Source: Fimbriimonadia bacterium (lineage in GTDB: Bacteria > Armatimonadota > Fimbriimonadia > Fimbriimonadales > JABRVX01). Taken from it: DNA of 64,000 nt. The notes under the pieces were generated by a model, which saw nothing but the letters and a program-made list of their open reading frames with translations, ran no database searches and was not told where the DNA came from. Numbering within the stretch: the first letter of the stretch is position 1; every line of letters begins with the position of its first letter. The DNA is taken from the NCBI GenBank assembly GCA_041483895.1, contig JBGPGO010000006.1, positions 64,001 through 128,000 of the forward strand, read 5' to 3'. Both the position numbers and the translations under genes were made by a program. This document shows positions 9,471 to 18,052 of the stretch, in pieces.

Positions 9471-10790
9471 TTAGTCCTTGCCGCCAGGCTTCACGATCGG
9501 CAGTCGCACGCGGAAAATCGCGCCGCGAGGAACATTGTCGACGACATCGATCTCACCATCGCGACCCGTAACGATTCGACGGGATATGGCGAGTCCAATC
9601 CCAAATCCGCCGACCTCGCGCGAACGTCCGTCATCCGCCCGATAGAACCGCTCAAATATCCGCTCTTTTTGATTGTCGGGAACGCCCCTGCCCTGATCCG
9701 ACACGGTCATCGTGCAGAACCCGTCATCCGCCCTGAGCTCCAGACCGCACACCGAATCCCGCGGGCAATGCCTTAAGGCATTCGCGAGCAGGTTGGTCAA
9801 AACGCTTTCTATCTCAGGCCGGTAGACAGCCACAGGACACGGCTCGATCGCTGTGTTAAGCACCACGTTGTTCGCCCCAAATCGCGGTTCCCACCGCTCC
9901 GCAACATCGAGCACGACGCTGGAAATGTCGATCGTTTCCGGTTGGGTGACGTTGGTTTTGGCGCTCATTAAGAGCATCTCAACAAGCTCGGACATTCTCC
10001 GCGCCTCTTCAAGACCGATTGCCAACACGCGCCTGTACTCTTCGTTGTCTCGATCCTTGAGCAGCGTGGTCTCCACTTGGCCCCGCAGAATGGTCAGCGG
10101 TGTTCGAAGTTCATGAGCGGCATCCGCGATGAACTGCTCCTGGCCCCGCACGCTTGCCTCCAGGCGCTCCAAAAAGGCATTCAGACCGGTGGCGAGCCTA
10201 CCAAACTCCTGATCCTTAGGGACGGGCAATCGCTTTGCAAGGTTGGTGCCTGAAAGGTATTCGGCCTCCTTGGTCATGTCCAGAAGCGGCCGGAAGGTCC
10301 GTCCAACCGCAGTCCAAGCGAGCCACATCACCATTCCCGTCAGAGGGAGCCAAAGCCCCGACAATAGCCATGCGAGACGATGATAGCTGTTGACCCATGG
10401 TTCCCAGTTGATGCCGACGACTACGTTCTGATCATCTAATTTGCCGGCTACGTACCGGATCAGATCGGTCCGAGTGTTCATGACCCCCTCGCCGGAGATG
10501 TTGGGAAGGCGCAAGACGCCGATAGAATCGGCAAGCGCCCCAGTCTTATCAAATATCGCGACCGAAACTCCGCGGTGGACCCTGACCTCGTTCCGTAAAT
10601 CCAGGTTCTCTTCCTGCCTGTTGGAATTGGCTTGCAGCGAATCGAGGACCTGGTTGAGCGCATCGTCGGCGGCCTGAGCTTCCAATTGTCCAAAGACAAT
10701 AAGACACAAGACGAACAGCAAGGCGAGAAGAACGCCAAAAAGCCCGCCCGCAAAAACAGTCAGCCGTCGGTGATGACTACGAAGCCACAT
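9471..10790 (-). CDS. membrane sensor histidine kinase with HAMP domain
   Basis: Two transmembrane segments, ADAAHELRTPL H-box, NLLANA, DQGRG and GFGIGL boxes. Confidence 0.95.
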   Translation of the reverse strand: MWLRSHHRRLTVFAGGLFGVLLALLFVLCLIVFGQLEAQAADDALNQVLDSLQANSNRQEENLDLRNEVRVHRGVSVAIFDKTGALADSIGVLRLPNISGEGVMNTRTDLIRYVAGKLDDQNVVVGINWEPWVNSYHRLAWLLSGLWLPLTGMVMWLAWTAVGRTFRPLLDMTKEAEYLSGTNLAKRLPVPKDQEFGRLATGLNAFLERLEASVRGQEQFIADAAHELRTPLTILRGQVETTLLKDRDNEEYRRVLAIGLEEARRMSELVEMLLMSAKTNVTQPETIDISSVVLDVAERWEPRFGANNVVLNTAIEPCPVAVYRPEIESVLTNLLANALRHCPRDSVCGLELRADDGFCTMTVSDQGRGVPDNQKERIFERFYRADDGRSREVGGFGIGLAISRRIVTGRDGEIDVVDNVPRGAIFRVRLPIVKPGGKD

Positions 10791-11472
10791 CCTCGCGAAG
10801 CTCCATTACATATCCTACTCCCCGGACCGTGTGAATGAGCTTTGACCGGTCGGTTTGTTCGATCTTACTTCGCAAATAGTTGATGTAGACCTCTACGACA
10901 TTGGAATCCCGTACAAATTGATCATCCCAGACCCTCTCCAGGATAAGGGTCTTTGTCATCACACGGCCTTTGTTTCGGAGCAGATACTCGAGGAGAGCGA
11001 ATTCGCGGGCGGAAAGATCGATTTTCCGCTCACCGCGGCGCACGCGCCGGGTGGCAGGATCCACTTCCAGATCGTCGACCGAGAGTTTGGCCGGTTCGGA
11101 ACTTCCACGGCGCTGAAGAGCGCGCAGGCGGGCCAAGAGCTCCGCCAATTCAAATGGCTTGCCAAGGTAGTCGTCCGCTCCGGCATCGAGACCTTGAATT
11201 CGGTCCTCCACACCTGTGCGCGCGGTCAGCATCAGGACCGGCGTGCGATTTCCACGGGAGCGAATATGGCTGAGGACCTGAAATCCGTCGGTATCGGGCA
11301 GCATAACGTCCAGGACGACGGCGCTGTAATCATCGGTGAGGGCGAATTGGATCGCATCCTGCCCATTTCCCGCTGAGGTAACGACATAGCCCGACTCCCG
11401 GAGCGCCTGCCCCAGGAACTCTGCGAGCCTCGGTTCATCCTCAACGACTAGGACCTTCAAGCTATCCATCAA
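10777..11472 (-). CDS. OmpR/PhoB-family response regulator (CusR/CzcR-like)
   Basis: VVEDE, LDVMLP, GADDYLGKPF, NVVEVYINYLRSKI and TVRGVGY motifs. Confidence 0.95.
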   Translation of the reverse strand: MMDSLKVLVVEDEPRLAEFLGQALRESGYVVTSAGNGQDAIQFALTDDYSAVVLDVMLPDTDGFQVLSHIRSRGNRTPVLMLTARTGVEDRIQGLDAGADDYLGKPFELAELLARLRALQRRGSSEPAKLSVDDLEVDPATRRVRRGERKIDLSAREFALLEYLLRNKGRVMTKTLILERVWDDQFVRDSNVVEVYINYLRSKIEQTDRSKLIHTVRGVGYVMELREDVAS

Positions 11473-11490
11473 TCTACCTCACAAATGCCA

Positions 11491-11524
11491 CCGCAGCCTC
11501 ACCTTGGCCTACATGAGGCTGCGG
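11491..11524. terminator. stem-loop after the His/Lys-rich gene
   Basis: CCGCAGCCTCA...TGAGGCTGCGG inverted repeat; no clear U-tract. Confidence 0.45.
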
Positions 11525-11557
11525 AACGGACAAACGCGTAATCTTACTGGAAGCTAG

Positions 11558-11869
11558 TTACTTCCCTGGAGCTTTGGCAGTTGAAGCCTTCGCCTTGCTC
11601 TTTGCCGCATGCTTTACCGCATGCTTCGCAACCGTCTTCGCATGGTGCTTGGCATGGTGCTTGGCGGCATGCTTCACGATGGCCTTGACCTTTGCCTTGG
11701 CATGCGTGGCGATTGTCGCATGGGCAGCGGCTTTGTGGGCCGCCGGTTTGCTAACCGCCGGCTTGCTCTTGGCGCTCTTACCGGGGGCCGCCTGGGCCGA
11801 CACTAACCCAGCGGACAGAATGAGCACGAGACAAACCAGCATCGTCTTCATGCTGATCAACAGTTTCAT
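11558..11869 (-). CDS. secreted Lys/Ala/His-rich low-complexity peptide
   Basis: GGAGG SD then ATG 11869; signal peptide ending VSA-QA; KHAA/KHHA repeats. Confidence 0.8.
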   Translation of the reverse strand: MKLLISMKTMLVCLVLILSAGLVSAQAAPGKSAKSKPAVSKPAAHKAAAHATIATHAKAKVKAIVKHAAKHHAKHHAKTVAKHAVKHAAKSKAKASTAKAPGK

Positions 11870-11934
11870 TGTATTGTCTTCCTCCATAATTGACTTGCTC
11901 TGTCGAGCCTCTCTCATTATTCAACACCCTGAAA

Positions 11935-11972
11935 GTTATGCGCGCCTTGGAAAAAGATTAGATTACTCTAAT
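11935..11972 (-). promoter_or_regulatory. putative OmpR-type binding box with -10 element
   Basis: Minus strand ATTAG-N6-CTAAT-N6-CCAAG-N5-CATAAC. Confidence 0.55.
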
Positions 11973-12229
11973 ATTTCATGGCATAATGGAGTTGTTGTCT
12001 CAAATGACTGCGGCCCCACCCTGCCCAAGGTGGGGCCGCTAACCACGCCCGGACGACCTTGGACAATGAGCACAGGCACGCATTCGCCACACTCGTCCTA
12101 GGCCGGCTGGTAAACCGGGGCATGGCGGTTATGCGATTTAGCCGTTGTCCTATCCACCGCCCAGCCTTTTCCTTCCTGGTTTTCTCGCAACAAAATCCTA
12201 CTCGCTCCCCTTTATGAAACCACCCGCAC

Positions 12230-12267
12230 GTTATAGGCGGCTTAATGAAAACTTAGAATTCTCTAAG
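12230..12267 (-). promoter_or_regulatory. second putative OmpR-type binding box with -10 element
   Basis: Minus strand CTTAG-N6-CTAAG-N6-TTAAG-N5-TATAAC; same spacing as the 11935-11972 site. Confidence 0.55.
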
Positions 12268-12305
12268 GTTGGCCGATAAATCGAGACCGGGTATCCTAGA
12301 AGGGT

Positions 12306-13535
12306 ATGGCAACCGTTCTCCCGTTTCGCGCCCTTCGCCCCCCAAATGAGCTTGTTGAGAAGGTTTCCTGCCCGCCATACGACGTTCCCAGCGAAAAGGA
12401 GGCGAGGGAGCTTGCTGCCGACAACCCGTCCTCTCTCTTACGCGTAAAGCGGCCAGAGATTGAATTCGGCGTTGGAACCGACCCCCACGCGGAAGCCGTC
12501 TACGAACGGGCCGCGACGAACTTTGCCAAATTTCGCCGGGAGGGATGGCTGGTTCAGGACGCGACGCCGGCCTACTTCGTCTACCGCCTCCAAATGGGGA
12601 AACACGCGCAGACCGGCATCGTAGGGGTCTGCGCCGTCGATGAATATGACAATGGCACGATAAAGAAGCATGAGAAGACGCGGCAGGACAAAGAGGATGA
12701 TCGCACCCGCCATATCATTGTGACGAAGAGTCAGTACGGTCCGGTTTTGATGACCTATCGCAACAGCCCGTCATTGACAAAAGTGATGAACGATGTGATG
12801 AAGGGCGATCCGGAATATGAGCTGACGGATGAACACAAGGTGGTTCATACCGTGTGGCGGGTTGACGCGGAAGACGAGCGGGCCGCGAAGATTCAAAAGG
12901 AGTTCGAACGGGTTCCGAATCTCTACATTGGGGACGGCCACCATCGGGCCAAGAGCGCGTCGCGGGCGCGTGCCGAACTCAGTCAGTACAGCCACCACTC
13001 GACCGGAAAGGCGGGCTATGACACGTTCCTTTCGGTTCTATTCCCCGCCTCGCAGCTTCAGATTCTGCCCTACAATCGTGTCGTGCTGACTTTGCATGGG
13101 CGGCATGCGGAGGATGTTCTTAAGGATATCCGGGCCCGATTTACGGTCGAAACGCTGGACGAGCCGATCGCGCCGCCAAAGGGGAGCTTTACCGTCTACT
13201 TGGGGGGACGGTGGTACGGCATACGGCCGAAACAGCCGCCGCCGGACGATCCCATCGAAGCGCTGGACGTGAGCATCTGCCATCGGGAACTGCTCGGCCC
13301 GGTATTTGGGATTAAGGACGTTCGGACGGATCCGAATCTGGATTTTGTGGGAGGGATTCGGACGCCGGCGGAGTTGAAAGAGAGGGCGGACGCGCGTGGG
13401 GGAGCTGCCATTTTGCTACACCCGACGTCGGTGGAGGACGTGTTGCGGGTATCAGATGCCGGGGGAATTATGCCTCCCAAGTCCACCTGGTTCGAGCCGA
13501 AGCTTCGTTCGGGGCTGTTTATCAATGTGTTTTAA
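12306..13535 (+). CDS. DUF1015 family protein
   Basis: PPYDV, IKKHEKT, YIGDGHHR and MPPKSTWFEPKLRSGL motifs; next to serA, as is usual for this family. Confidence 0.9.
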   Translation: MATVLPFRALRPPNELVEKVSCPPYDVPSEKEARELAADNPSSLLRVKRPEIEFGVGTDPHAEAVYERAATNFAKFRREGWLVQDATPAYFVYRLQMGKHAQTGIVGVCAVDEYDNGTIKKHEKTRQDKEDDRTRHIIVTKSQYGPVLMTYRNSPSLTKVMNDVMKGDPEYELTDEHKVVHTVWRVDAEDERAAKIQKEFERVPNLYIGDGHHRAKSASRARAELSQYSHHSTGKAGYDTFLSVLFPASQLQILPYNRVVLTLHGRHAEDVLKDIRARFTVETLDEPIAPPKGSFTVYLGGRWYGIRPKQPPPDDPIEALDVSICHRELLGPVFGIKDVRTDPNLDFVGGIRTPAELKERADARGGAAILLHPTSVEDVLRVSDAGGIMPPKSTWFEPKLRSGLFINVF

Positions 13536-13539
13536 GTTA

Positions 13540-13633
13540 TGTCATTCCGATGCGGAGCGAGGAATCCCTTTCTAAAGCCTTCAATAATTGACAGCGTTCT
13601 GAAAGGGATTCCTCGCTCCGCATCGGAATGACA
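13540..13633. repeat. TGTCATTCCG-family inverted repeat
   Basis: TGTCATTCCGATGCGGAGCGAGGAATCCCTTTC ... GAAAGGGATTCCTCGCTCCGCATCGGAATGACA. Confidence 0.9.
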
Positions 13634-13645
13634 ACGTTACCAGTA

Positions 13646-13700
13646 GTAGACGCGGGCCGTCTTGTCGACTGCTTTCTGTCGCGGATATCCAAGGCCCGCG
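13646..13700. repeat. GTAG-capped hairpin (RAYT-family variant)
   Basis: GTAGACGCGGGCCGTCTTG...CCAAGGCCCGCG; reverse complement of the units at 25835-25964. Confidence 0.7.
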
Positions 13701-13724
13701 GCGAGTTCGATGGAGGGGTCAATC

Positions 13725-14927
13725 ATGAAAGTTCTTGTTGCCGATAAATTTGAACAATCCGGACTCGACGGTCTGCAGCAGGCGGGATTCGAGGTTATGT
13801 GCGATCCGGCGCTGAAAGACGACGCCTTGGTCGCGGCGATCCAGGAGCAAAAGCCCGACGTGCTGGTCGTTCGTTCCACGGAGGTCACGGCCCCCATGCT
13901 GACCGACAGCCCCCTCTCCCTCATCGTCCGCGCGGGCGCCGGTTACAACACCATCGATGTCGAGACCGCCTCCAACAACGGCATCTTCGTCTCCAACTGC
14001 CCCGGAAAGAACTCCATCGCCGTGGCGGAGCTGACCATGGGTCTCATCCTTGCACTGGACAGGCGCATCCCGGACAACGTTTTGCAGTTCCGCGAGGGCA
14101 AGTGGCGTAAGAAGGAGTTTTCCAAGGCCGGGGGGCTATACGGCAAGACGATTGGCATCATCGGCATGGGACATATCGGGCAAGAGGTGGCGCATCGCGC
14201 GAAGGCGTTCGGGATGAAGGTGATCGGCTGGTCGCGCTGGCTGACGCCGGAGATCGCGGCCGAGATGGGGATGGGCTTTCAGCCGACCATCGCCGATATC
14301 GCCGGGGCCGTGGATATTTTGACCCTGCATTTGGCGCAGACCAAAGAGACGACTGGGCTGATTGACGACGCGGTGCTTTCCCGCCTGAAGCCTGGGGCCA
14401 TGCTGATCAACACGTCTCGGGACAGGATTGTCGATCAGGCTGCTCTCATCAGGCATATCAAAGAGCGCGGTCTGCGGGCCGGGCTGGACGTCTTTGCCGA
14501 AGAGCCTGCGGGCGGCGAGGGAGAGGTTGCCTGCGAGCTGCAAAGCCTGCCGGGGGTCTATGTGACCCACCACATCGGCGCCTCGACCGATCAGGCGCAG
14601 GAGGCGGTGGCGGCGGATACCGTACGGATCATCAAGGAGTTTGCACGCTCCGGACGCTGCCCGAACGCGGTCAATGTGAAGGGCGACCAACCCGGCAGCC
14701 ACCTTCTCGTCGTCCGACACAGGGACCGCGTGGGGGTTTTGGCGCACGTGCTAGGCCAGTTGCAGAAGGCGGATATCAACGTGCAGGAGATGGAGAACAT
14801 TATCTTGGAGGACGCAGACGGTGCCATCGCCTACCTTTGCGTGGCCAAGAAACCCACCGGCGACACGCTCGACTCGATCCGCTGGGGCAACGAGAACATC
14901 CTCAGCGTTGTCTTACGGGAATTGTAA
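13725..14927 (+). CDS. serA: D-3-phosphoglycerate dehydrogenase with ACT domain
   Basis: RAGAGYNTID, GIIGMGHIG, INTSR, HIGAST and C-terminal HRDRVGVL (ACT); GGAGG SD. Confidence 0.88.
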   Translation: MKVLVADKFEQSGLDGLQQAGFEVMCDPALKDDALVAAIQEQKPDVLVVRSTEVTAPMLTDSPLSLIVRAGAGYNTIDVETASNNGIFVSNCPGKNSIAVAELTMGLILALDRRIPDNVLQFREGKWRKKEFSKAGGLYGKTIGIIGMGHIGQEVAHRAKAFGMKVIGWSRWLTPEIAAEMGMGFQPTIADIAGAVDILTLHLAQTKETTGLIDDAVLSRLKPGAMLINTSRDRIVDQAALIRHIKERGLRAGLDVFAEEPAGGEGEVACELQSLPGVYVTHHIGASTDQAQEAVAADTVRIIKEFARSGRCPNAVNVKGDQPGSHLLVVRHRDRVGVLAHVLGQLQKADINVQEMENIILEDADGAIAYLCVAKKPTGDTLDSIRWGNENILSVVLREL

Positions 14928-15020
14928 CCGATCATCCTAGGACGCCAAATCATTCCTCGCGGTACAATTGTAAGGAATGCCAACTGAGAAGGCAGCCGCA
15001 AATTGAATAGGAGCAGAAAT

Positions 15021-15281
15021 TTGGATAGAAATCTAGTCAAAGACAAGCTCATCGAGGTCGCGAAAGAAATGATCGCTATGGGGCCGGGGTTTGCGCAAGA
15101 AGCGGTGGTCCTAAAAGAATCTGCCAAGCGACTTGGTGCGACCGGCGACAACGATTTGGAACAGTTGATTTTGACTTGCTGGAACGATCTGTTCTACGTT
15201 GACAGAACGCTCTCATGGGGATCGGACCTGAACAATCCGTCGCATCCATGGTTTCATTTCTCAGATAAGTCCGCGGCCTGA
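15021..15281 (+). CDS. small hypothetical protein (possible winged-helix fold)
   Basis: AGGAG SD then TTG 15021 (alternative start 15003); ends 5 nt before the kinase start. Confidence 0.7.
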   Translation: MDRNLVKDKLIEVAKEMIAMGPGFAQEAVVLKESAKRLGATGDNDLEQLILTCWNDLFYVDRTLSWGSDLNNPSHPWFHFSDKSAA

Positions 15282-15286
15282 ATATC

Positions 15287-16222
15287 TTGGCAAGGCGTTT
15301 CCAACTTGAACCGCATATACCGGTCGTTTCAGACCGCAACGATAGTTATGAGTTCGTGAAGGAACTTGGTTCCGGTGGGAACGCAACGACCTACCTTGTT
15401 GTTTGCCGTTCTGGGCAGTTAGCCGGCGTCCCATTGGCCTTGAAAGGCCTTGACGAGCCTTCCGATCGGGACAATGCCACGCGATTCAAGAAAGAGTGGC
15501 AATTCCTCCGGACATGTGATCACAATTCCATTATGCGAGTGTTCGATACCGGCACGAACCAAGACGGCCATCCCTTCTACATTGCAGAGTACTTGCCGCG
15601 AACTTTCAAGAGTCTGCTTGCAGACGGCGTAAGTAAAATCCCGTTGGACGTACGATTGTCTTATACGACTCAACTGCTCGCTGCAATCCGCTTTTTGGGC
15701 AGCCAAACACCTGCCTACATCCACAGGGACATCAAACCATCGAACATATTTGTCAAGGGCCTTTCGTCCGTTCTCGGGGACTTTGGATTGATTAAGGTTG
15801 AAGACAGCGACAGTGGGACAAATGATGCGGATCGGGAGCTTTGGAGCAAGACTTTGGGTCCGGCAATGCCAAGAAGATATCGCACACCAGATCAGGTTCT
15901 CTACTTCCGAGACAAGGTGCCCATTACAGCAAAGTCTGACACTTTCCAACTTGGCCTAGTGATTTCCGAGTTGCTAACGGGAGTGAATCCAGAAAGGGCG
16001 ACCGACTTGATGGAAGCAGACGTGGAGTTGGACGATCTGCCGAGGATCGACCATCCGAGTGGCGACCAAATCCTTAATTTGCTTCAGAGTATGCTGAAAT
16101 TTGATCCTGCGAAACGCCCAGATGTAGACGCGCTGATGACTGCTTGGCTCGGCATTCTCTTCTCCGACATCGACCAGAAGCGCGATAAGAATGAGTTGGT
16201 CTTTGAGGTTAGCACTGGATAA
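15287..16222 (+). CDS. stand-alone Hanks-type Ser/Thr protein kinase
   Basis: GSGGNA, LALK, RFKKE, HRDIKPSN, DFG and SDTFQLG motifs; no transmembrane or sensor domain. Confidence 0.92.
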   Translation: MARRFQLEPHIPVVSDRNDSYEFVKELGSGGNATTYLVVCRSGQLAGVPLALKGLDEPSDRDNATRFKKEWQFLRTCDHNSIMRVFDTGTNQDGHPFYIAEYLPRTFKSLLADGVSKIPLDVRLSYTTQLLAAIRFLGSQTPAYIHRDIKPSNIFVKGLSSVLGDFGLIKVEDSDSGTNDADRELWSKTLGPAMPRRYRTPDQVLYFRDKVPITAKSDTFQLGLVISELLTGVNPERATDLMEADVELDDLPRIDHPSGDQILNLLQSMLKFDPAKRPDVDALMTAWLGILFSDIDQKRDKNELVFEVSTG

Positions 16223-16303
16223 CATGCAGATATTCGTCGCCTCGCAGTATAGGTTGATCGCACGGGCCGCCCCTCGATTGAAGTCCTGTTGCTATAATAA
16301 GGC

Positions 16304-18052
16304 ATGGTGAGATGGAGGGTGCTCGAGGCGGATGGGGAGGCGGTCCGGAGCTTGGCCGGCGAACTGGGGATGTCGGCGCTCGCCGCGCGGCTGCTTGTCA
16401 ATAGGGGCATCGAGACCCCCGAAGACGCGGAAGGGTTCCTCAACCCCGACCTCGCCAACCTCCACGACCCGCTCCTGCTGCCCGACTGCGACAAGGCGGT
16501 AAAGGAGCTGGCCGGGGCCATGGAGCGCAAGGAGACCATATTTATCCATGGCGACTACGACGTGGACGGTGTAACCAGCGCCACTCTCTGGACGCGGTGC
16601 CTGCGGCGGCTGGGCGCAACGGTCGAGGTTCACGTCCCCCATCGCCAGAAGGACGGGTACGGCTTCCATGAGAGCGCGGTGGAGAAGGCGAAGGAGGTGG
16701 GCGCGTCCCTGGTCCTGACCTGCGACTGTGGGATCAACGCCAACGTGGTGGTGGACAGCGCGCGAGAGCAGGGCCTGCGGGTTATCGTCACCGACCATCA
16801 TGAGCCGGGCGCGGAGCTTCCCAATGCCGAGGCAGTCGTCAATCCCATGCGGCGGGACAGCCGATACCCGTTCCCGTTCTTGGCGGGCGTCGGTGTCAGC
16901 TTCAAAGTGGCCTCGGCGCTGGTCACAGAGCTTGGCCACGATGTCAATGCCTTCTACCGGGCCTTTCTTGACCTCGCCGCGCTGGGGACGGTGTGCGACA
17001 TCGTTCCGCTCCTCGGCGAGAACCGAATCCTCGTGCGGCACGGCCTGCCGAAAATTGTGGAAAGCCGCAAGGTTGGGATTCAGGCGTTGCTGCGGGTGGC
17101 CAACACCAACAAGTCCGCCGCGGAGTACACGGCGCGGGACGCCGGGTTTGGCATCGGGCCGCGAATCAACGCCGCGGGGCGGATGGACGACGCACACGAC
17201 GCCCTCACCCTGCTGTTGACGGAGGACAAGCGGGAGGCTTTTCAGCTTGCCGGAAAGTTGGACCGGCAGAACTACGATCGGCAGCGCGAGCAAAACCGGA
17301 TCTTCGAGGAAGCGCAGGCTTTGGTCCTCGCGGACGGCTCGCTGGACGGGAAGCTGCTGCTCGTCGCCGGAGAGGGATGGAACGCCGGCGTCGTAGGAAT
17401 CGTTGCAAGCAAGTTAGTGGATCGATTTTGGAGACCGGCATTGGTTGGCAACAGAGAAAACGAATTAATACGGGGTTCGGCCCGGAGCACCGACGCATTC
17501 AATATGTTTGAGGCGCTGGATTCGCACCGGGACCTGTTCCTGAGCTGCGGCGGACATTCGCACGCGGCCGGCTTCAGCTTTGAGGCCGACCGCCTGGACG
17601 AGGTCCGCGCGGCCCTTTGCGCCTATGCCGACGAGCGGCTGACCGACGACGATCTGATCCCCGAATCCGTGGCGGACGCCGAAGTATATCCGCACGAAAT
17701 TACCGCCAAATTTGTGGACGAGCTTGAACGATTCGCCCCGTTCGGCACTGCCAATCCCGAGCCGCTCCTGCTTGGCCGCCGCGTCACGATTCTCAGCGTC
17801 GAGCCGACGCGAAATCCTGCCCACCCCCGCGTCACGCTTCGCGGGGATGCGACCGATCCGATCACCGGCATGGCGTTCGGACTGGGCGAGCTGATGGCGG
17901 AATTCCCCAACGGTTCCGAAGTTGACATGCTGTTCCAGCCCACCTATGACACATGGAAGGGCCAGCGCAATCTTCGATGGTTTGTCCGAGACGTGCGCGC
18001 GATGGCGGACGCCTCCCCGATCGAAGAGGAGTACGCAACCAGCGATGGCTGA
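16304..18052 (+). CDS. recJ: ssDNA-specific exonuclease RecJ
   Basis: GDYDVDG, TDHH, PRINAAGR, GSARS and GGHSHAAG motifs. Confidence 0.97.
   Translation: MVRWRVLEADGEAVRSLAGELGMSALAARLLVNRGIETPEDAEGFLNPDLANLHDPLLLPDCDKAVKELAGAMERKETIFIHGDYDVDGVTSATLWTRCLRRLGATVEVHVPHRQKDGYGFHESAVEKAKEVGASLVLTCDCGINANVVVDSAREQGLRVIVTDHHEPGAELPNAEAVVNPMRRDSRYPFPFLAGVGVSFKVASALVTELGHDVNAFYRAFLDLAALGTVCDIVPLLGENRILVRHGLPKIVESRKVGIQALLRVANTNKSAAEYTARDAGFGIGPRINAAGRMDDAHDALTLLLTEDKREAFQLAGKLDRQNYDRQREQNRIFEEAQALVLADGSLDGKLLLVAGEGWNAGVVGIVASKLVDRFWRPALVGNRENELIRGSARSTDAFNMFEALDSHRDLFLSCGGHSHAAGFSFEADRLDEVRAALCAYADERLTDDDLIPESVADAEVYPHEITAKFVDELERFAPFGTANPEPLLLGRRVTILSVEPTRNPAHPRVTLRGDATDPITGMAFGLGELMAEFPNGSEVDMLFQPTYDTWKGQRNLRWFVRDVRAMADASPIEEEYATSDG

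Noticed and set aside
12253..12279. sigma-28 promoter for the DUF1015 gene (GCCGATAA at 12272-12279)
   Set aside because: The -35 match is poor and overlaps the OmpR-type box; a TATCCT -10 close to the ATG is a simpler explanation.
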